NCBI GenBank assembly: GCA_041649575.1
Contig: JBAZMW010000004.1
Coordinates: 60,001-92,000, forward strand
Source: Patescibacteria group bacterium
Lineage (GTDB): Bacteria > Patescibacteriota > Patescibacteriia > 2-01-FULL-39-33
Length of the DNA stretch: 32,000 nucleotides
Direction: 5' to 3'
Each line of letters opens with the position of its first letter. The stretch's first letter is position 1. The translations under genes were made by a program, and so were the position numbers. Of the stretch, positions 30,611 through 32,000 are shown one piece after another. The notes under the pieces were generated by a model, which was given only the letters and a program-made list of their open reading frames with translations, was not told where the DNA came from and made no database searches.

Positions 30611-31885
30611 TTAGCTTTTGACTTCGCTTAGCTTTCTATTTATCACTGCCACGGCCATAATCAACCAGAACAACACTGATAGGTCATTCTTGAAGTATGG
30701 CGCATCCACTAGTCCGTGGACGATTATTTCTAGGCCGACAAGCAGTAGAGTCAAATTTAATATTTTATCACCATGTTTGTCAAGCCAATTTTTGAAATTG
30801 ACGGCAAAGTATTTGATAAACAGCCAAATAAAACTGATTAGCCCCAAGAGGCCCAGCTCGCTCCAGAAGTTTAGAATGATATTATGGGGATAAAGATAAA
30901 TCTCAAAAGTTTTCAAGTGGTAGGGCGCGATTTTCAGCTGGTAGCCGGCCAGGCCGGCGCCCCAGAGCCAGTTGTCTTTTAGCATTTGCCAGCTTTCCTG
31001 CCAAATCAGCCGTCTGATAAATCCCGAATAGTCCTCCAAGGATAATTTGCTGATTAGATAATGATTAAAGGCCTGATTGAAAAAAAAGACAATAAAAAAC
31101 GCCAAAATTACGCCGCCGGTCAGCAGGCGGGTTTTTCTATTAATCAGCCCAAAGATCAGCAAACTTAGGATCACGGCCAGGACAGCTCCCTCGGATTTGG
31201 CCAAAACGATAGTCAGGAAGCCGGCAGCGATAATCAAAGCTTTCAAAAATTGGCTTAAAAAGATTTTTAAGCTGGAGGCACTTACTTCCGCTCCCTGCCA
31301 GAAAAAGCCGACAAACAAAACAATTATCGGCCCCAGGTACAGGCCTAGGGCGTTGGGATAGGCCAAAAGAGAAACCACGCGGTCGACCGAGCCGTCGGGG
31401 TTTAAAAAAGCTTGAGGCACGCCCCAGCCGCTGAACTTCTGCCAAAAGGAAAAAGCGGAAAGATAAAGAACGGAAAGCCCGAGTGACCAGAAGATGTTTT
31501 TTAATTGTCGTTTGTCTTTAACAGTGTTAATTAAAATAATAAAGATGAGCAGCGGCTCTATAAAATAGGCTTTCCAAATACCGGCCGCCTGTCTCAAGGC
31601 GGGTGAGGTAAAGACAGAAATAGTGGCAAAAATAACGATAGCGATTAGCGGCCAAAAAAAAGGATTGGCTCTAAATCCACCGAGCCACCTAAGCCGGTTT
31701 TTCAACAGAAAGACAATAAAGAGAACCAAAATCAGAACTTCCAAAAGCGTAAACGGCAAACCAAAAATCTCCGAACGGATAATAAAGCTGGGCAAAGCGG
31801 CAACGAGCAAACAGGTGGCCAACTCGAAATTTTTGTAAGCCAGCCAGAGAAACAGCAGGCCGCAGATAAGAATAAATAATAACAT
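30611..31885 (-). CDS. O-antigen ligase/polymerase-like (Wzy_C-type) polytopic membrane protein
   Basis: 424 aa with about 10-12 TM helices and a periplasmic loop region (SLEDYSGFIRRLIWQESWQMLKDNWLWGAGLAGY), which is typical of the O-antigen ligase family. Confidence 0.65.
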   Translation of the reverse strand: MLLFILICGLLFLWLAYKNFELATCLLVAALPSFIIRSEIFGLPFTLLEVLILVLFIVFLLKNRLRWLGGFRANPFFWPLIAIVIFATISVFTSPALRQAAGIWKAYFIEPLLIFIILINTVKDKRQLKNIFWSLGLSVLYLSAFSFWQKFSGWGVPQAFLNPDGSVDRVVSLLAYPNALGLYLGPIIVLFVGFFWQGAEVSASSLKIFLSQFLKALIIAAGFLTIVLAKSEGAVLAVILSLLIFGLINRKTRLLTGGVILAFFIVFFFNQAFNHYLISKLSLEDYSGFIRRLIWQESWQMLKDNWLWGAGLAGYQLKIAPYHLKTFEIYLYPHNIILNFWSELGLLGLISFIWLFIKYFAVNFKNWLDKHGDKILNLTLLLVGLEIIVHGLVDAPYFKNDLSVLFWLIMAVAVINRKLSEVKS

Positions 31886-31888
31886 ATC

Positions 31889-32000
31889 TTAATTCTTAAA
31901 CTTCATAATTTCTAAAATGGTTTTTTTCTCGATTCCTCTTAAGGCGTAAAGCATAAAAAAATAAACCAGCAAGCCAATAATTATCAGAGTTACTAGATTT
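31889..32000 (-). CDS. C-terminal end of a membrane protein (partial; start beyond window end)
   Basis: Hand translation: ...NLVTLIIIGLLVYFFMLYALRGIEKKTILEIMKFKN, with a TAA at 31889-31891, 3 nt before the next gene's ATG. The frame is open to the window edge. Identity unknown. Confidence 0.35.
   Translation of the reverse strand, partial: NLVTLIIIGLLVYFFMLYALRGIEKKTILEIMKFKN

Noticed and set aside
1-32000. Alternative genetic code (UGA as sense, as in some CPR lineages)
   Set aside because: TGA terminates well-defined genes at conserved C-termini (polA at 7986-7988, the GT-C gene, the SBP). All recognisable genes are intact under the standard code.

Overview
Most of this window is ordinary core chromosome of a small, AT-leaning bacterium. 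It includes the replication-origin neighbourhood: rpmH-rnpA-yidD-yidC on the minus strand, a phased DnaA-box cluster, then dnaA-dnaN on the plus strand. Other core genes are smc, polA-holA, rpsT, a bactofilin, a class-A PBP, a galT-like gene, yebC-ruvC, a PGI/PMI-type isomerase and envelope-glycan genes (GT-C-like membrane protein + GT2; O-antigen-ligase-like protein). Gene style (short SMC and YidC, tandem VirB2-like mini-proteins, orphan solute-binding lipoprotein) suggests Patescibacteria/CPR, but that is inference only. The standard code applies, since TGA is used as a stop. No rRNA, CRISPR array, transposase or integrase gene was seen. Five things stand out. (1) An accessory block at about 24.6-30.6 kb splits the glycan genes. 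It holds four tandem VirB2/TrbC-like pilin paralogs, one translationally coupled to an orphan SBP lipoprotein. (2) Three single-gene cassettes are about 60% GC in hand-counted samples, against roughly 30-47% in neighbouring genes. They encode an NYN-domain protein, a lipoprotein and a dUTPase-dCMP deaminase fusion; the first two have near-consensus promoters and all three have their own terminators. (3) An intact tRNA-Ser(CGA) is flanked by displaced copies of its own 5' end (18 nt) and 3' end (17 nt plus CCA). A GIY-YIG nuclease cassette and a 162-nt highly structured segment sit in between. (4) polA and smc each carry a GC-rich in-frame insertion; the polA one has terminal inverted repeats. 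(5) The SMC has no hinge domain that I can recognise by eye. All family calls come from motif recognition by eye; no searches were run.
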